Of a DNA stretch of 64,000 nt, positions 1 through 12,802 are shown one piece after another. A program made the translations under genes and the position numbers. The DNA lies in assembly GCF_964213995.1 (NCBI RefSeq), contig NC_135820.1:62682001-62746000 (forward strand), given 5' to 3'. Within the stretch, counting starts at the first letter, position 1. The number at the start of each line of letters is the position of its first letter. Below the pieces are notes generated by a model. It was not told where the DNA came from and ran no database searches. It saw only the letters and a program-made list of their open reading frames with translations. The DNA comes from Mustelus asterias (lineage: Eukaryota).

Positions 1-352
1 GGTACACTGAGGGGGAATTTAGTATGGCCAATGAACCTAGCCAGCACATCTTTCGGACTGTGGGAGGAAACCAGAGCACCTGGAGGAAATCCATGCTGAC
101 ACGGGGAAAATGTGCTGACTCCGCCACAGACAGTGACCCAGGCCAGGAATCGAACCCGGGTCCCTGGCGCTGTGAGGCAGCAGTGCTAACCACTGTGCCA
201 CCATGCCGATTCTTACCTACCCGGAGCACCCAGAGGAAACGCACGCAGACACGGGGAGAACATGCAGACTCCGCACAGACAAGCCGGGAATTGAACCCGG
301 GTCGCTGGCGCTGTGAGGCAGCAGTGCCAGCCACTGTGCCACCGTGCTGCCC
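1..352 (-). mobile_element. Two adjacent partial V-SINE copies (the first with type B tail start)
   Basis: tRNA-derived head GGCACGGTGGCACAGTGG(T/C)TAGC...GGTTCGATT on the - strand, twice. Confidence 0.85.
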
Positions 353-717
353 CAAGATAAAGCGATCAGTTTTTACTTCCATCACTTGGCGGTAACAAGC
401 TGGAAAAAAACAGTCGGTAGCTTCACCACCTTGATCCCACTGACAAACAACCTATACTGGCGTTTTGATAGAGCCCTCTGCTGCGTGCCAAATTTACCCG
501 CCTGTTTCAAGTTCCTTTTAACATGTAAATCTGTTCAGCTGTACAGGTAATGGATCTGAAGAGTCCTAGCCAAGATATGCTTGGATTATTTTCATGTGGC
601 CCAGGGGAGCAAGGGTCTGTACAGGAAAATATTTAACATGGCGTTTGATAATTGAAAATACATCAAACCTAATTTTATTTTGACTGAATTAATTGAATAA
701 AAATATGCCGAACCATT

Positions 718-1245
718 CTACAACAACAACAATTTTATTTTCATAGTGCAATTAAAATGTTCGGTATAATTGAGTGTTAGCATTATGGTAAAATGTCCCA
801 AGGTACCTCACAAGAGCATTAACAAACACAAACAGTCAGCCACATGAGGTGTTTCGGCAAATGACCAGAGGTAGGTTTTAAGGAATGCCTTAGAGGAGGA
901 AAGAGAGGTCAAGAGGCAGAGAGATTTAGGGAGGGAATTCCACACCCTTGGCAGTGAAGAGACAGCATCCGGTGGTGGAGTGATTGAAACCGGAATGTGC
1001 AAGAGTTTGGAGTTGGAGGAGCACCAAGATTTTAGTGTGTCCTGGTATTGGAGAGATAACAGATCTAAGGGGGGTGGATTTAAAAACAAGTAGGAGTATA
1101 TAAAAATGGAGACATTGCTTCACTGGACCTGTGCAAGTCAGCTAGCTGGTGACATGGTGGACATGGGCGATATTGGATGACCTCAAGTTGATGGAAGGTG
1201 GAATATGGGAATCTGGTCAGAAATACCTTGGAGCAGTCTAGAGAC
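718..1245 (-). mobile_element. L2 LINE 3' fragment
   Basis: PRVWNSLP...FLKTYL C-terminal motif; (CAA)n tail on the + strand. Confidence 0.7.
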
Positions 1246-1861
1246 ACAAGATCCAGAAATGAGAGATGTTTTTATTTGTCATCACAAAACTTGCATTGGC
1301 GGAAACCTGACTGATTTCTTCAGACTATCATTTTATGTGAGAGAAAAGCAGAGCACGTAGTCACACATGCTGGGCAAGTTAACAGAGGATCTAGTCATTT
1401 ATAAGCTTGCAACAGAAAAAGTACTGTGAAAGCTTCGTATAAAAAAACCTAGCTGCACCATTAATGTCCTCCAGAAACATTGTTTCACAATATGACCTTT
1501 GGGGAATTTTGATCTCAAAAAATGGATGGGTTGGCAGGAGGTTAAAGTTTTAAAAATTGGAATCCCAATACTGACTTTGCCCACTTCCAGCATTAATGGA
1601 GGTGGGATGGATTCTCCCAGGAGGCGGGTATCGAGTTAAATACCATGAGGGCATGTGCATCATATCTATCCACAATTTTAAACGTTATTCTGGCCAGCTA
1701 TATTCATTGAATTTCAGGAAAACAACCTCCTCCCATTTCTCTTAACTGCTGAAATATTCCAAGTTGAACGTCAGTTGAAAAAAACAGAGGGCGCAATTTT
1801 TCTGCCCCGCTGCAGGTAGAGTAGAATGGCAGGGCAGGAAATTTCAGTGGGAGGCTAAAAT

Positions 1862-2148
1862 TGGGGGCACAGTGGTTAGCTGCCTCACAGTTCCAAGGAC
1901 TTGGGTTCAATTCCCGGCTCGGGTCACTGTCTGTGTGGAGTTTGCGCATTCTCCCTGTGTCTGCGTGGGTTTCCTCTGGGTGCTCCGGTTTCCTCCCACA
2001 ATCCAAAGATGTGCGAGTTAGGTTGATTGGCCATGCTAAATTAACCCTTAGTGGCCTGGGATGCTTAGGTTAGAGGGACTGGCAGTGTAAATATGTGGGG
2101 AGAGGGCCTGGGTGGGATTGTTGTCGGTGCAGACTCGATGGGCCAATG
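1862..2148 (+). mobile_element. HE1-type V-SINE (type A, CR1-like tail)
   Basis: A/B-box head, V-domain GGGTTTCCTC..GGTGCTCCGGTTTCCTCCCACA, GACTCGATGGGCC tail. Confidence 0.88.
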
Positions 2149-3862
2149 ATGATCATTTCTAAGCTTTAACCTCTAAACATAAGGGGGGTGATTCTCCTCT
2201 GCTCCTGCTAGCTGCAGACAGGATCAATACTGGCCCATTGAATCGGGCATGAAGGCCAAAACAGGATTCTCACTGGACATCAAACCTGTTGCCCGTCTCT
2301 CTGCCTGCTGCACTGGTCCCGATCAGGTTCCCTCACAGAGTGGGCGGGAACCCTATTACTCTGCATGCTTCCTAATTTGAATAATATCATTGGGCTAGAA
2401 TCCATTTCTCCAGCCTCCCGCAAAGCTCCCACCCCAGCCCTTTTCCCCTCCCTCCACCCCCGCGCCCCCTCTCCCCCCCTCCTCCCCCAAGCAGGAAGTC
2501 CAGTCGGCACCAAACAATACAGGGCCTGACAAGTGTGGACCTGGCGTCTTGGATTCCGAGGGCAGGTAGGTATGTTATGAGCCCATGTGCCTCTCTGCCA
2601 CTGCCAGGCTGCCAAGGGAGATTTCCTCCAAGGGACGTGCTTGTGCGTTGGCGGGGGGGAAAGGGTTGACCTCGGGATTCTTCGCCAGGATAGGGCTCTT
2701 GTGGCTGGACTGCCCCTTCTTGCTCTGAGAAAAGTGAAGATCACTCTAAGAATGGTGATCTCAGGCAGCTTTCTGTTAAAAACCTTCACTCTTGTCCCTG
2801 TACTGTAAAACCTTTGAAGTGGCCTGGTCACTTTAATATTCATGCCCCCTGAACACCTGGAAGTCTTTAAAATCACAGCAGCACTCCATTCAACAGAAGG
2901 GATTCCCCTGCTCACTCTCAGAATCCCCAGGAGTGAGCAGACCCATATGAAGTCTTCTGACTGATAGGAGATGCCAGTTTTATCAGAGGAATTCCTTTTT
3001 GTAGCCTGAGTGAGCCACAGGTGCAGCCTGGCCACTTTGAACTGCTCTGATTGACATCTCCAGAGCAGATCAAACAGTTCTTCATTGATACAATAAGTTC
3101 AGTCCAGTCCAGTAAGCCTCAAGTATAGCTGCTCACTCAACCCCATTCTTTCAACACTGCAGTTTTTTTCAAGTCTCAGCCATCTTAGAAAGCTGAAAGG
3201 CTTTGAAATGCTTTGTTTGCATTCAATTTCATGCTTTTAGTATCTTTTAAGAATCTCCTGATTGATAGGTCCAGGCAAATCCCAGCAGGCAGCAGCTTTG
3301 TTTCCCTTCAGGGTTGATTGAATCTGAAGTACTTCCTCTTTTCTAACTGTTTTTTTTTTAACAGGCTTGTTCTTTGTTCTGAAGACCTTGGCTCACTTTT
3401 TCTTTGAAGAGTGGGTCTTCAACCTCTCATACTGGAATAGCATGCCTGCACTGGAGGTTGATTTCAGCCACAGAAGAGGCTGGCACCTCTTCCACTGTCA
3501 CCCTGGCAATGACAGCCTGGCACTGGCAGTGTGCTAGGGTAGCACTGCCAGGGTGCCACATCCAATCTGACACCCCCACACATGACACTCTGTGCTTGGG
3601 CAGTGCTAGGATACGTCCTGGGCATCACCCTCTCCCCCCAGGGGCTGTACTCACCTGTGTACCTCCAGTGGGTTCTCTTGGCCAGGTGCAGCCTGTGGGG
3701 TTGTGGGTGGGTGGGGGGGTGCGGGAGGGGTGGGTGCTGTCATGATTCACATCGGCGTGAAGGCACAGTGACGTGAAATGGACAAATTAACATGGGGGAA
3801 CCACTAGGCATTTACGCATATGATATTTAAAGTGAAGCAAATGGGGATCCTGACTTGTAAAG

Positions 3863-4193
3863 ATCATAGAATCATAGAATCCTACAGTACAGAAGGAAGC
3901 CATTTGGCCCATCGAGTTTGCACCAACCACAATCCCAACCAGGCCCAATCCCCATAACCCCATGCATTTACCCTCGCTAGTCCCTCTGACACTAAGGGGC
4001 AATTTATCATGGCCAATACATCTAAACCGCACATCTTTGGACTATGGGAGGAAACCGGAACACCCGGAGGAAACACACACAGACACGGGGAGAACATGCA
4101 AACTCCACACAGACAGTGACCCAAGCCGGGAATCGAACCCGGGACCCTGGCGCTGTGAGTCAGCGGTGCTGGCCACTGTGTCACCGTGCCGCC
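3863..4193 (-). mobile_element. HE1-type V-SINE (type A), full length
   Basis: Head, V-domain and (ATTCTATG)n tail. Confidence 0.92.
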
Positions 4194-4788
4194 TGTGGGG
4201 ATCTTCATTTTAGTAATTGTTAAATCCATATTTGGCTCAGAAACATCAGGTGTGGAAGTGACTCTTTGAAATGTTGGAATGTGCTTGAACCAGAACTTTC
4301 AAGCCTCATTACATCGAGCAATGTTTTTTTTAAGACAACCTCTTTCTGTCTGTCATTGTGTTATATAATCCCAGCTCCATTTAAACCTGTACATTTAACA
4401 ACTGCATTGCTGTGTGATTGAGAAAAGAGATTGCGATGTTTCCAGCAGCTTACATTGCCAATATTGCTTGAATATTTTAAACCTTCAGCAATGAAAGTAA
4501 ATTGACCTAATTTTTCTGCTTGACTTGCAAGTCTTACTAAGTTGTAATGCATTTTGTTGAATGCGAGGATTCATAAGATAGAATGATTATGTGTTGGGAT
4601 TTTATCTTTAATTCAAGGTAAAATGGAACAGTGAGAAGAGTCACATGATTGGCTTTGAATCCTGCCTAATAGCAAGCCTGGGTTGCCAGGTTACCATGGG
4701 GACAGGGGCACTGAGGGTGAGACTTGCTGAGCAAGGTGTGAGGTTATTATACCTGAAAACAAAGGCAAGAGCAGCTAAGCAGACTTTC

Positions 4789-4915
4789 TGGTTGGGATTT
4801 TCTGCCCGCCCTCGCTCCAAGGCTGGAGCTTCCCTCCTGAGGTCAACAGACAATGCATGGTCCGCCCCCGCCCGCTACGATTCCCGTAACCAGGCTGGAC
4901 AGGAAAATTCTGCCC
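4789..4915. mobile_element. Harbinger-type MITE
   Basis: TIRs GGTTGGGATTTTC / GAAAATTCTGCCC; TSD TCT. Confidence 0.7.
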
Positions 4916-5213
4916 TCTGTCTCTGAGATTTCAGATAGAGAGGGGGAGAAAAAGAGCTTTCACAGAGAAACAAAAGGATGCAGCGAGTATGGTCAGCAGA
5001 GAGATGAATTTGGCCTTTCTGTGGAATACCGGGCAGGATGCTAGATGGAATAAGATCTCTAGTTGAAAAGATGTATCTTGTGACAATCTAAAGACTCTGG
5101 AAGAATGGTCCTGATATGGTCAGGGGAAGGAATTGCTGGAATGGGCCTTATTACTGGTCATTTCATGAAACTGAGGGGAGCACTCTTTTGATTGTCACTT
5201 GTTGAAACAGCAA

Positions 5214-5263
5214 GAACATAGAACATAGAACAGTACAGCACAGAACAGGCCCTTCGGCCCACG
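5214..5263 (-). mobile_element. Extremely truncated CR1 tail
   Basis: (CATAGAA)2CAGTACAGCACAGAACAGGCCCTTCG, nearly identical to 47297-47344. Confidence 0.7.
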
Positions 5264-6079
5264 AAGTGAAACCATTGGACGCTGAGAGTGATTTTGGACC
5301 AGCTCCTGTAAAAACTGCAGTTCCACAGAGAATGGGTGACGTATAAGTCTGACATGGATTTTTAATTTGTGTTAAAAATTAAGGAATGTATCTTTGCTGC
5401 AGTTTAGACCTATTAAGGAGTGTTTAGTCAATGTTGCTTTTAGGTTGTTTGTAACAGTAATAGTCTTAAAACCGGAAATATTCTCATGTAATTCCTTAAT
5501 TGTTCACTGGGAATTCAAACATCTTTTTAAAAGTTATCAGTCTGCGTGAGGATTGTCACAACATTTTCTTTTGGAAGTTGGTTGTCTGACACATGCAGAA
5601 ACTCATCATTATCTATAAGAGTCTCTGATTCAAACCAATGAGAAATTCACTCGTAGGATTTCTGATTGCCTAACATGCAATGCACAAATCTCTCTTGCAG
5701 TAACACATGCCGTTTACCTAAATCCAGAGCGTCTAAGTGCTGTCTGACAAGCCACATTTTATAAAGCCACCAAGTATACACGAGTAATGCTCGAGTCTAT
5801 CCAACTAAATCCACACAACTTACTTTTACCGGAAGAAAGAACCAATAAGTCTTCCATTGCTTCTGAAGTTCGGACCACCCTAACTCAGTAAAGCTTTGGC
5901 TAGTCTAATTGGGAAGGGTTCCAGCTCCCACCAAGTTTTTATCTCTTCACATTCTATGAGTGAGCGGGTCTAATTGATCAATTGTCAACAGTACCTTAGA
6001 ATGCTGCCTGTTTTAACTCTGGAATTTTCAATTTGGAAGGTTAGCTTCCAGTGCTTAGCATGGCACCTTAACAAACTTC

Positions 6080-6240
6080 CATAGGAACAGGAGGACGTCA
6101 TTCAGCTCCTCGAGCCTGTTCCACTGTGCAATGTGATCATTGCTGATCTACAGTCTAACTCTAGAAACCTGCGTTTGCCCTATACCCCTCAATACATTTA
6201 ACTAGAACAAAAATATATCTATCTCAGTTTAAAATTAGCA
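6080..6240 (-). mobile_element. CR1 3' UTR fragment
   Basis: CATAGGAACAGGAGG...CATTCAGCTCCTCGAGCCTG, resembling the other CR1 tails. Confidence 0.55.
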
Positions 6241-6680
6241 CAGGCATGGCATCGTAAATGCTGCTGACCTCTCTTACCCTGAGCAATATAGTGACTAGTT
6301 GGTTGCTAGACAACTGAGAAGAGTAGGTTTTAGTGCATACTACATGAACAGTCAATGTATCCCATTGAATAGTCTTACGAAGCGTGTGAGCTTCAGTAAC
6401 AATTAGGGCAGGTATTTTAGAACTGGGAAGGTCGAGGCTTTTGGTTTGTTTGATCCCAGGCTAGACAGTCATTAATCAAAAGCAAAATACTGCAATCGTT
6501 GGAAATCTGAAATAAAGATAGAAAATGCTGTCAGGCAGTATCTGTAGAGAGCGATACATGCTGGAATTCCACCGCCTCGCCCTCCATGGAATCAAAGTAG
6601 GTGAGGGGCAGACAACGGAAATGTCCATGGACCTCGGGCGAGAATTTCTGGTCTTGCTTGAGCGATTCAGGTCAGTAGTG

Positions 6681-6990
6681 GGGCGGCACGGTGGCACAAT
6701 GGTTAGCACTGCTGTCTCACTGCACCAGAGACCCAGGTTCGATTCCGGCCTCGAGGGACTGTCTGTGTGGAGTTTACACGTTCTCCCTGTGTCTGCGTGG
6801 GTTTCCTCCGGGTGCTCCAGTTTCCTCCCACAATCTGAAAAACGTGCTGGTTAGGTGCATTGACCATGCTAAATTCTCCCTCAGTGTATCCGACAGGCGC
6901 TGGAGTGTGGCGACTAGGGGATTTTCACAGCACCTTCATTGCAGTGTTAATGTAAGCCTACTTGTGACTAATAAATAAACTTTAACTTTT
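6681..6990 (+). mobile_element. V-SINE type B, full length
   Basis: HE1 head/V-domain plus GTGGCGACTAGGGG...TGTGACTAATAAATAAAC tail. Confidence 0.92.
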
Positions 6991-8544
6991 AGTCATTCAC
7001 CAGAACAGATGAAGTGAGTCATCGATAGTATAAAGAATTTCAAACAACGCTTATAACTGCAGAGCACAAAACAGAACACAGGATGATCAGACCATTGACC
7101 TGGGGATACTGGATTGACTATTTTCATGTGTCTTTTTGCTCTTTTTGTTGCTAGTTGATAGTTCTCAACACTGGTGGGTTCCCAATGACACTGCAATGCC
7201 CCTTCTCCTCTTCCCAAGCTTTGCTTTGCACTTTCTAGTGGATTGATACACACCTTGCCATGAATGGACATTCTCAGTTCTTTTTGAAGATAGATCCATA
7301 CAGGAAATAAACACAAAATTTTAATTCAGACAAATTGAAAAATTGAAATGAAACAATGCTGTTTCTTTCTTCAAACTGAGCTTTAAAAATGCTGTGTATA
7401 AAAAAGCCATTTTAGTCAGCTCTCCCTTAATGTACTTCAAACAAAACTACCACTAGGATATCTGCAGATAGGGCTAAATCTCTGCAGATTGATGTTACAG
7501 CTACCATTAGCTGTCTAAAATAGTCATTGATATTCTGACTGTACTCCAAGGGAAATGTACCCCATCTCCAAGAAGGTCAACTGTTCAGTTAAAAGGCTTT
7601 CCTTAACTGGAGCTAAGATCTACATTTCAGGAATGGTTTTCAAGTTTCTATTTGTGCTCCATTCCTGACTCAAACCTATCATTTACCACAGTAGAAATGA
7701 TCAGCAGAAACATGCCTTGATTTACAAAGTAGTTCACATTTTCAGTCTCTTGTAAAGCCTCATAAGCCTCCTTGTCAGCTGTCAAAATGAGACAGCTTCC
7801 CAGAACGTTTTTTCTTTTGCTCTGGACATAAATTCATACTCCAGTGGCTTTACGGTAGCCAATCTCGAGGTTAGACAAGTTGAAGGTTAGATTGCAATAA
7901 CTAACTGCTGCTTTGCACTGCAGTAAAAGTCAGAACTTGTCATAGTACAGTATCCATACTTTTCCATTTAATGGGACAAAAGTGGCTATATGTTACTGCT
8001 ACCTTTATTTTTAATAAGAACTCATCATCACAAAGGGTAACATATTTTATAAGTGGCAGAATTGCACTGTCCCAGAATTGATAGTTGAGCTAGTTTATTT
8101 TCCTGACCCCCTTCATTTCCAAGTGCCTCACTTACCTGCCTGCTATGCAGAACTTTTTTTTTTAAAATCCACTGCATTGCACAACACTGAACATTCTTCA
8201 GCTGTACAGCCATCATCGATTGGTTGTTACCTAGTATTGCCCCAGTGTTCGAACTGGGCAGCAGCTAGGACAGAAGCAAGGAATAGCAAATACTGCAGCC
8301 TGTCCACTGTCAACAGTCTCTGTTATATTCCCAAGTGCTGCTGGCTTTCCTGCATAACCCCTCTCTGCTAGTTCTTGTTTTGCCGTTTCAGGAGTAATAA
8401 CGAATATAGCAAAACATAATTGAAAGTGTTCATCAAATAAATAGAATGCTGCTATATGGATAATGCAATAACTCAGGCTATAATGGAAATCAATTGTGTG
8501 TCATCAGAATTGCGTATGAATGGGATTTGTTCCTTTCACAAGTA

Positions 8545-9072
8545 AGGGTAGGGGAGTTCTCCTGGGTGTCCCGGTCAATATTCAGCCAATGTCTTTTAAA
8601 GAACAGATCATTTGGCGGCACGATGGCACAGTGGTTAGCACTGCTGCCTCACAGCGCCAGGGACCTGGGTTCAATTCTGGTCTTGGGTCACTGTCTGTGT
8701 GGAGTCTGCACATTTTCCCCGTGTCTGTGTGGGTTTCCTCTGGGTGCTCCGGTTTCCTCCCACAGTCCAAAGATGTGCAGGTTGGGTTGATTGGCCATGA
8801 TAAATTGACCCTACTGTCAGGGGGATTAGCAGGGTAAATATATGGGGTTACGGGAGTGGGGCCTGGGTGAGATTGTGGTCGGTGCAGACGCGGTGGGCCG
8901 AATGGCATCCTTCTGCACTGTAGGGATTCTATGATTCATTTGGCCATTATTAATTTGCTGTTCGTGGAATCTTAATGTGCAGAAACTGACTGTTGCATTT
9001 CTTACAATGATCACACCTCAAAAGTACTTCATTGTCTGGGGTGACCCTATGGTCATGGAAGGCTACATAAAC
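8545..9072 (+). mobile_element. DeuSINE (SacSINE1-like) remnant split by HE1
   Basis: GGGGAGTTCTCC...CAAAAGTACTTCATTG; homologous to 31900-31964/33556-33725. Confidence 0.6.
8614..8935 (+). mobile_element. HE1-type V-SINE (type A), full length, inside a DeuSINE
   Basis: TSD TCATTT at 8608-8613 and 8936-8941. Confidence 0.92.
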
Positions 9073-9194
9073 ATGTGTGTATGTGTGTCTGTGTACATGC
9101 ACATGCACAGATACACACACACACACATTTGACCAAGTATAGTATCAGGGCAACTGAGCAAAAATCATGTTAATGAATAGCAGGGAATAAACTC

Positions 9195-10175
9195 TTCACT
9201 GTTTGGAATCCTACCTAGTCCAAAGGAAGATGGTTATGGTTGTTGAGGGTCAATTATTTCAGTCTCAGGACATCAGTGCAGGAGTTCTTCGCAGTAGTAC
9301 TCTAGGGCCAACCACCTTCAGCTGCTTCACCAATGATCTTCCCTCCATCTGAATGTCAAAAGTGAGAATGTGCAATAATCAGTAAACAACGTTCAACACC
9401 ATTCAGAGTCCTCAGATACTTAAACAGCCCATGTCCACATGTAGCAAGACCCGGACAATATTCAGGCTTGGGCTGATATGTGGCAAATGGCATTCTTGCC
9501 ACACTAGTGCCAGGCAATGACCATCTTCAATGAGAGAGAATCTAACCATTTCCTCTTGATATTCAATGACCTTGCCATGACTAAATCCCCCACTATCAGC
9601 ATCCTGATGATTACCATTGAACAGAAACTGAACCAGCCATATAAGTACGGTGGCTGCAATTGCAGGTCAGAGGTTGGAAATTTTGCAACAAGTAATTCTC
9701 CTCTTGACTCCCCAAAGCCTATCCACCATCAAGGCAATAGTCAGGAGTGCGATGGAATCATCTCCACTTGCCTGAATCAAAGGCAAAGCAGCCCATTTGA
9801 TCAGCAGCCCGTCCACCACCACCAGTGCACAATATGTACCATTCACAAGATGCATTGCAGAAGTTCACCAAGGCTCTTTTGATGGCACATTCCAATTCTG
9901 TGACCTCTGCGACCTTGAAGAACAACAGCAACAGATGCATGGGAACAACACTTCATACAAGTTCCCCTCTAAGTCACATGTTATCCTGTTTTGGGACTAT
10001 ATTACTTGTTTCTTCACTGTCACTGGGTCAAAATCCTGGAATTTCCTCCCTAACTACACTATGGTGTATCTACACCATGAGGACTGCAGCATGGACTCCA
10101 TAAAGCATCTCAACTGCACCTCTCAGGGGCAGTTATGGAGGTCAATAAATGCTGGCCTTGTTAGTAATATCCTAG
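9195..10175 (+). mobile_element. Degraded CR1-group LINE (second family), RT and 3' UTR
   Basis: LESYLVQRKMV, LGPTTFSCF.NDLPS motifs; tail GGGCAGTTATGG...AATAAATGCTGGCC resumes at 10491 after a SINE insertion. Confidence 0.75.
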
Positions 10176-10186
10176 TCAGTAATATT

Positions 10187-10490
10187 GGGGTGACACAGTG
10201 GCACAGTGATTACCACTGGTGCCTCACAGCACCAGGGATCCAAATTCGATTCCCACCTTGGGGGGATTGTCTGTGCAGAGTCTGCATGTCCTCCCTGTGT
10301 CTGCATGGGTTTCCTCCGGCTTCCTCCCACAACCTGAAAGATGTGCTGGTTAGGTGCATTGGCCATGCTAAATTCTCTCTCAGTGTACCCGAACAGGCCC
10401 CAGAGTGTGGTGACTAGGGGATTTTCACAGTAACTTCATTGCAGTGTTAATATAAGCCTACTTGTCACACTAATAAATAAAATAAAAAAA
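10187..10490 (+). mobile_element. V-SINE type B inserted in a LINE tail
   Basis: Head, V-domain, type B tail. Confidence 0.9.
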
Positions 10491-11207
10491 CACATGCAAT
10501 GAATGAACTTTTAAAAAAATTATGTCATGAATATTAGTGAATGAATGCTTACATTTGGTTAGTTTTACTGCGGCCTAACAATTTCATTAAAATAATGGAC
10601 CGAAGGATTTCATGTTTGTGAGTAGTTTTGCTTTATATTGTCCAAGACATAATTTCAGGGTTGCAACGTTCAGTGAAACCTCAGTTGGTCTGGCAATGCA
10701 GCAGCTGCTTTTGTTTCCAACCCTCTAGAACACTCTCTGTGACTGTCGCATTCAACACAAGAGGACCCTGGACTGTCACTGCAACAATATGCTTGCTCTC
10801 ATCGGGTGGCTCTCCTGTGTTCAATTAGCAATATTCAAGTATAATATGTGTCACTGGCCTATGTTTAAACATGGATAAATAAACTTTAACTCCCCATTGA
10901 ACAACAGGAACTTGTTAAAGCATCTTTATATTTTTGAAAGCTTTTAAGGAAAGGAAGTCAATGCTGGAAATCATCCATCACTGAGAATCAGGAATGAATT
11001 TATAGCATTGAATGTAGGCCAGTCCAACGCAAACAACTACGTTTCTGAGGCATGTTAAATGGGACAATTGAAAGACTAGAATTTGGTTCCCGTAAAGGGA
11101 ATGTTTCAGCAAAAAGAATGATATTAGTCCTGTTTTTTGAAAAACAAAGGTACAGTTTGATACAGAAATTGTGATGCTGGCCAAAAGAGAGATATGGAGT
11201 TAATGTT

Positions 11208-11370
11208 CTTTAGGGAAGGAAATCTGCAGTCCCTATCTGGTCTGGCCAACACGTGACTCCAGATCCACAGCAATGTGGCTGACTCTCAATGGCCCTTGGG
11301 CAACTAGGGATGGGCGATAAATGCTGGCGAGCCAGCAACGCCCATGTCCCATGAATGATTAAAAAAAAGA
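11208..11370 (+). mobile_element. 3' half of the third SINE family
   Basis: GGAAGGAAATCTGC...GTGACTCCAGA...GGGATGGGCGATAAATGCTGG. Confidence 0.75.
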
Positions 11371-12802
11371 TTTCAGATAAGCATTGAAGACTTTGTATGT
11401 GCATGTCCCAGATTGCAACTGGGAAGGACAGTGTTTCAGTAATTATACTTGCAAATATTTCATGCTATAAAGTGACAAAACGTTAATTCCCAGCCATGTT
11501 TTCAAATCAGCCAAAAAAATCTCAGTCCTGAAATAGTTTTAGAACAGAAACTTAAGTTGCTCCTCAGCATTCTTTAAGTTAACCGCACGTTAAAGAGTTA
11601 AGCAAGTTTGATTTTAAAATTAAAATGTTAATATTATGACTACCCAGCATAAATTTACATTATTATTTTGTTACTTACTTTGCAGGTCTTTGACCTCACT
11701 TGGCATCAAGTGCCTGTTCTGCCAACCTACTCAGTTTGACGTGCTTTTGGAAGTACTGCAGTTCTACATTGAAGACTTCTGACAGAGTAACCCAGTGTAG
11801 CCACCAGAAAAACACGCTACTCGTCAGGTGAGTGCAAATGAGCTCCCTTGCCTGCATAACCAATCACATCACCTTTGTAAACAGACTTCTTCTCCACCCC
11901 CCCCCAAGCAACAATTAGGCACAGACGTGCATAGGTGATGATGAGAAAATGAAACAAGTGGTTTAGCGCTGCTCCACTGAGTTTGGTCTGCTTCTGAGCC
12001 TCGAGGAATGACTTACAGGTACACAGAGTGAGATGTGACAAGAAAATAAGTGACCTAAATTCCAGCTTGTCTTTTTTAAACTGTTGGTACCGTTCTTAAT
12101 AAAAAGCTTTCTGGAGCTATGCTGCATAGTTTGTGGAGACCAGTCGTGATTCGTGTGTTGGGTTCCTGTTGTGCCCAAGGGTCAGAGAATCCCAGGAACA
12201 GGGAGCATCCGGCTTGGAATTGACTATGCATATTTAAATATGCTAATCTGGTCCCGGCCAGAGAGGGCCGGAATCAGATTACAGCGAGGCGTGGGGGTTG
12301 GGAGAATCCCAAAGGTGTTTCTCACTGCCATTAAATGCGCCTGTCCCCTCCCCCAGGATTCTTCAACCTGTGATGATACTGTGCCTTTAAGAACCGTATT
12401 TGTGTCATGTTTCTTCTGCAGGAACTGTTTTATACTTCATCTCTCATAATAATGCCAAAATGTCTCCTGCCGGCAGCCCACCTGCTGATTCTGCAGAAGC
12501 TTAATAACTCCTAATTATTGGAGTGTTTGTTTTAATCTAGGCTAATGCATTATTGATACTTTTAGAGTTTTTCCTGGGGTTCAGAGTAGTTGGATTAGAT
12601 TGCCTGACAAGAGAATCATGTGTGTGGGTGAAGCTAGGCGTACAGAGAAAGTAAAAATAAGCAGGCAGTTTCAGCTTGAATTTGAAAAGAGCAATAGCTC
12701 TTTCTCTCTCTCTCTCTCTCTGTCTGGAGATTTAAGTCTGTGGACCTGCTAGAAAATAAGTGTCTCTCTCTAGAGGTCTGCAAAAGGAACAAAAGGTTTT
12801 CG

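Noticed and set aside
24-395. Recurring ORFs such as AQWLALLPHSARD / NPGPWRCEAAVLTTVPP
   Set aside because: Translations of V-SINE copies, not genes.
2280-3035. 251-aa minus-strand ORF
   Set aside because: Lies in GC-rich degraded transposon-like sequence; no recognisable domain.
4592-5563. Possible solo LTR (TGTTG...CAACA); similar hints at 19587-19789 and from ~12370
   Set aside because: No TSD or internal retroviral sequence; too weak to call.
6681-6750. tRNA-like heads
   Set aside because: SINE Pol III promoter regions, not functional tRNA genes.
9072-9128. (TG)n/(CA)n self-complementary tract
   Set aside because: Ordinary microsatellite juxtaposition.
11679-11851. Exon-like segment (tttgcag|...|gtgagt on +; gtaagt donor on -)
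   Set aside because: Stops in all frames tested and no recognisable protein; could be non-coding but is unsupported.
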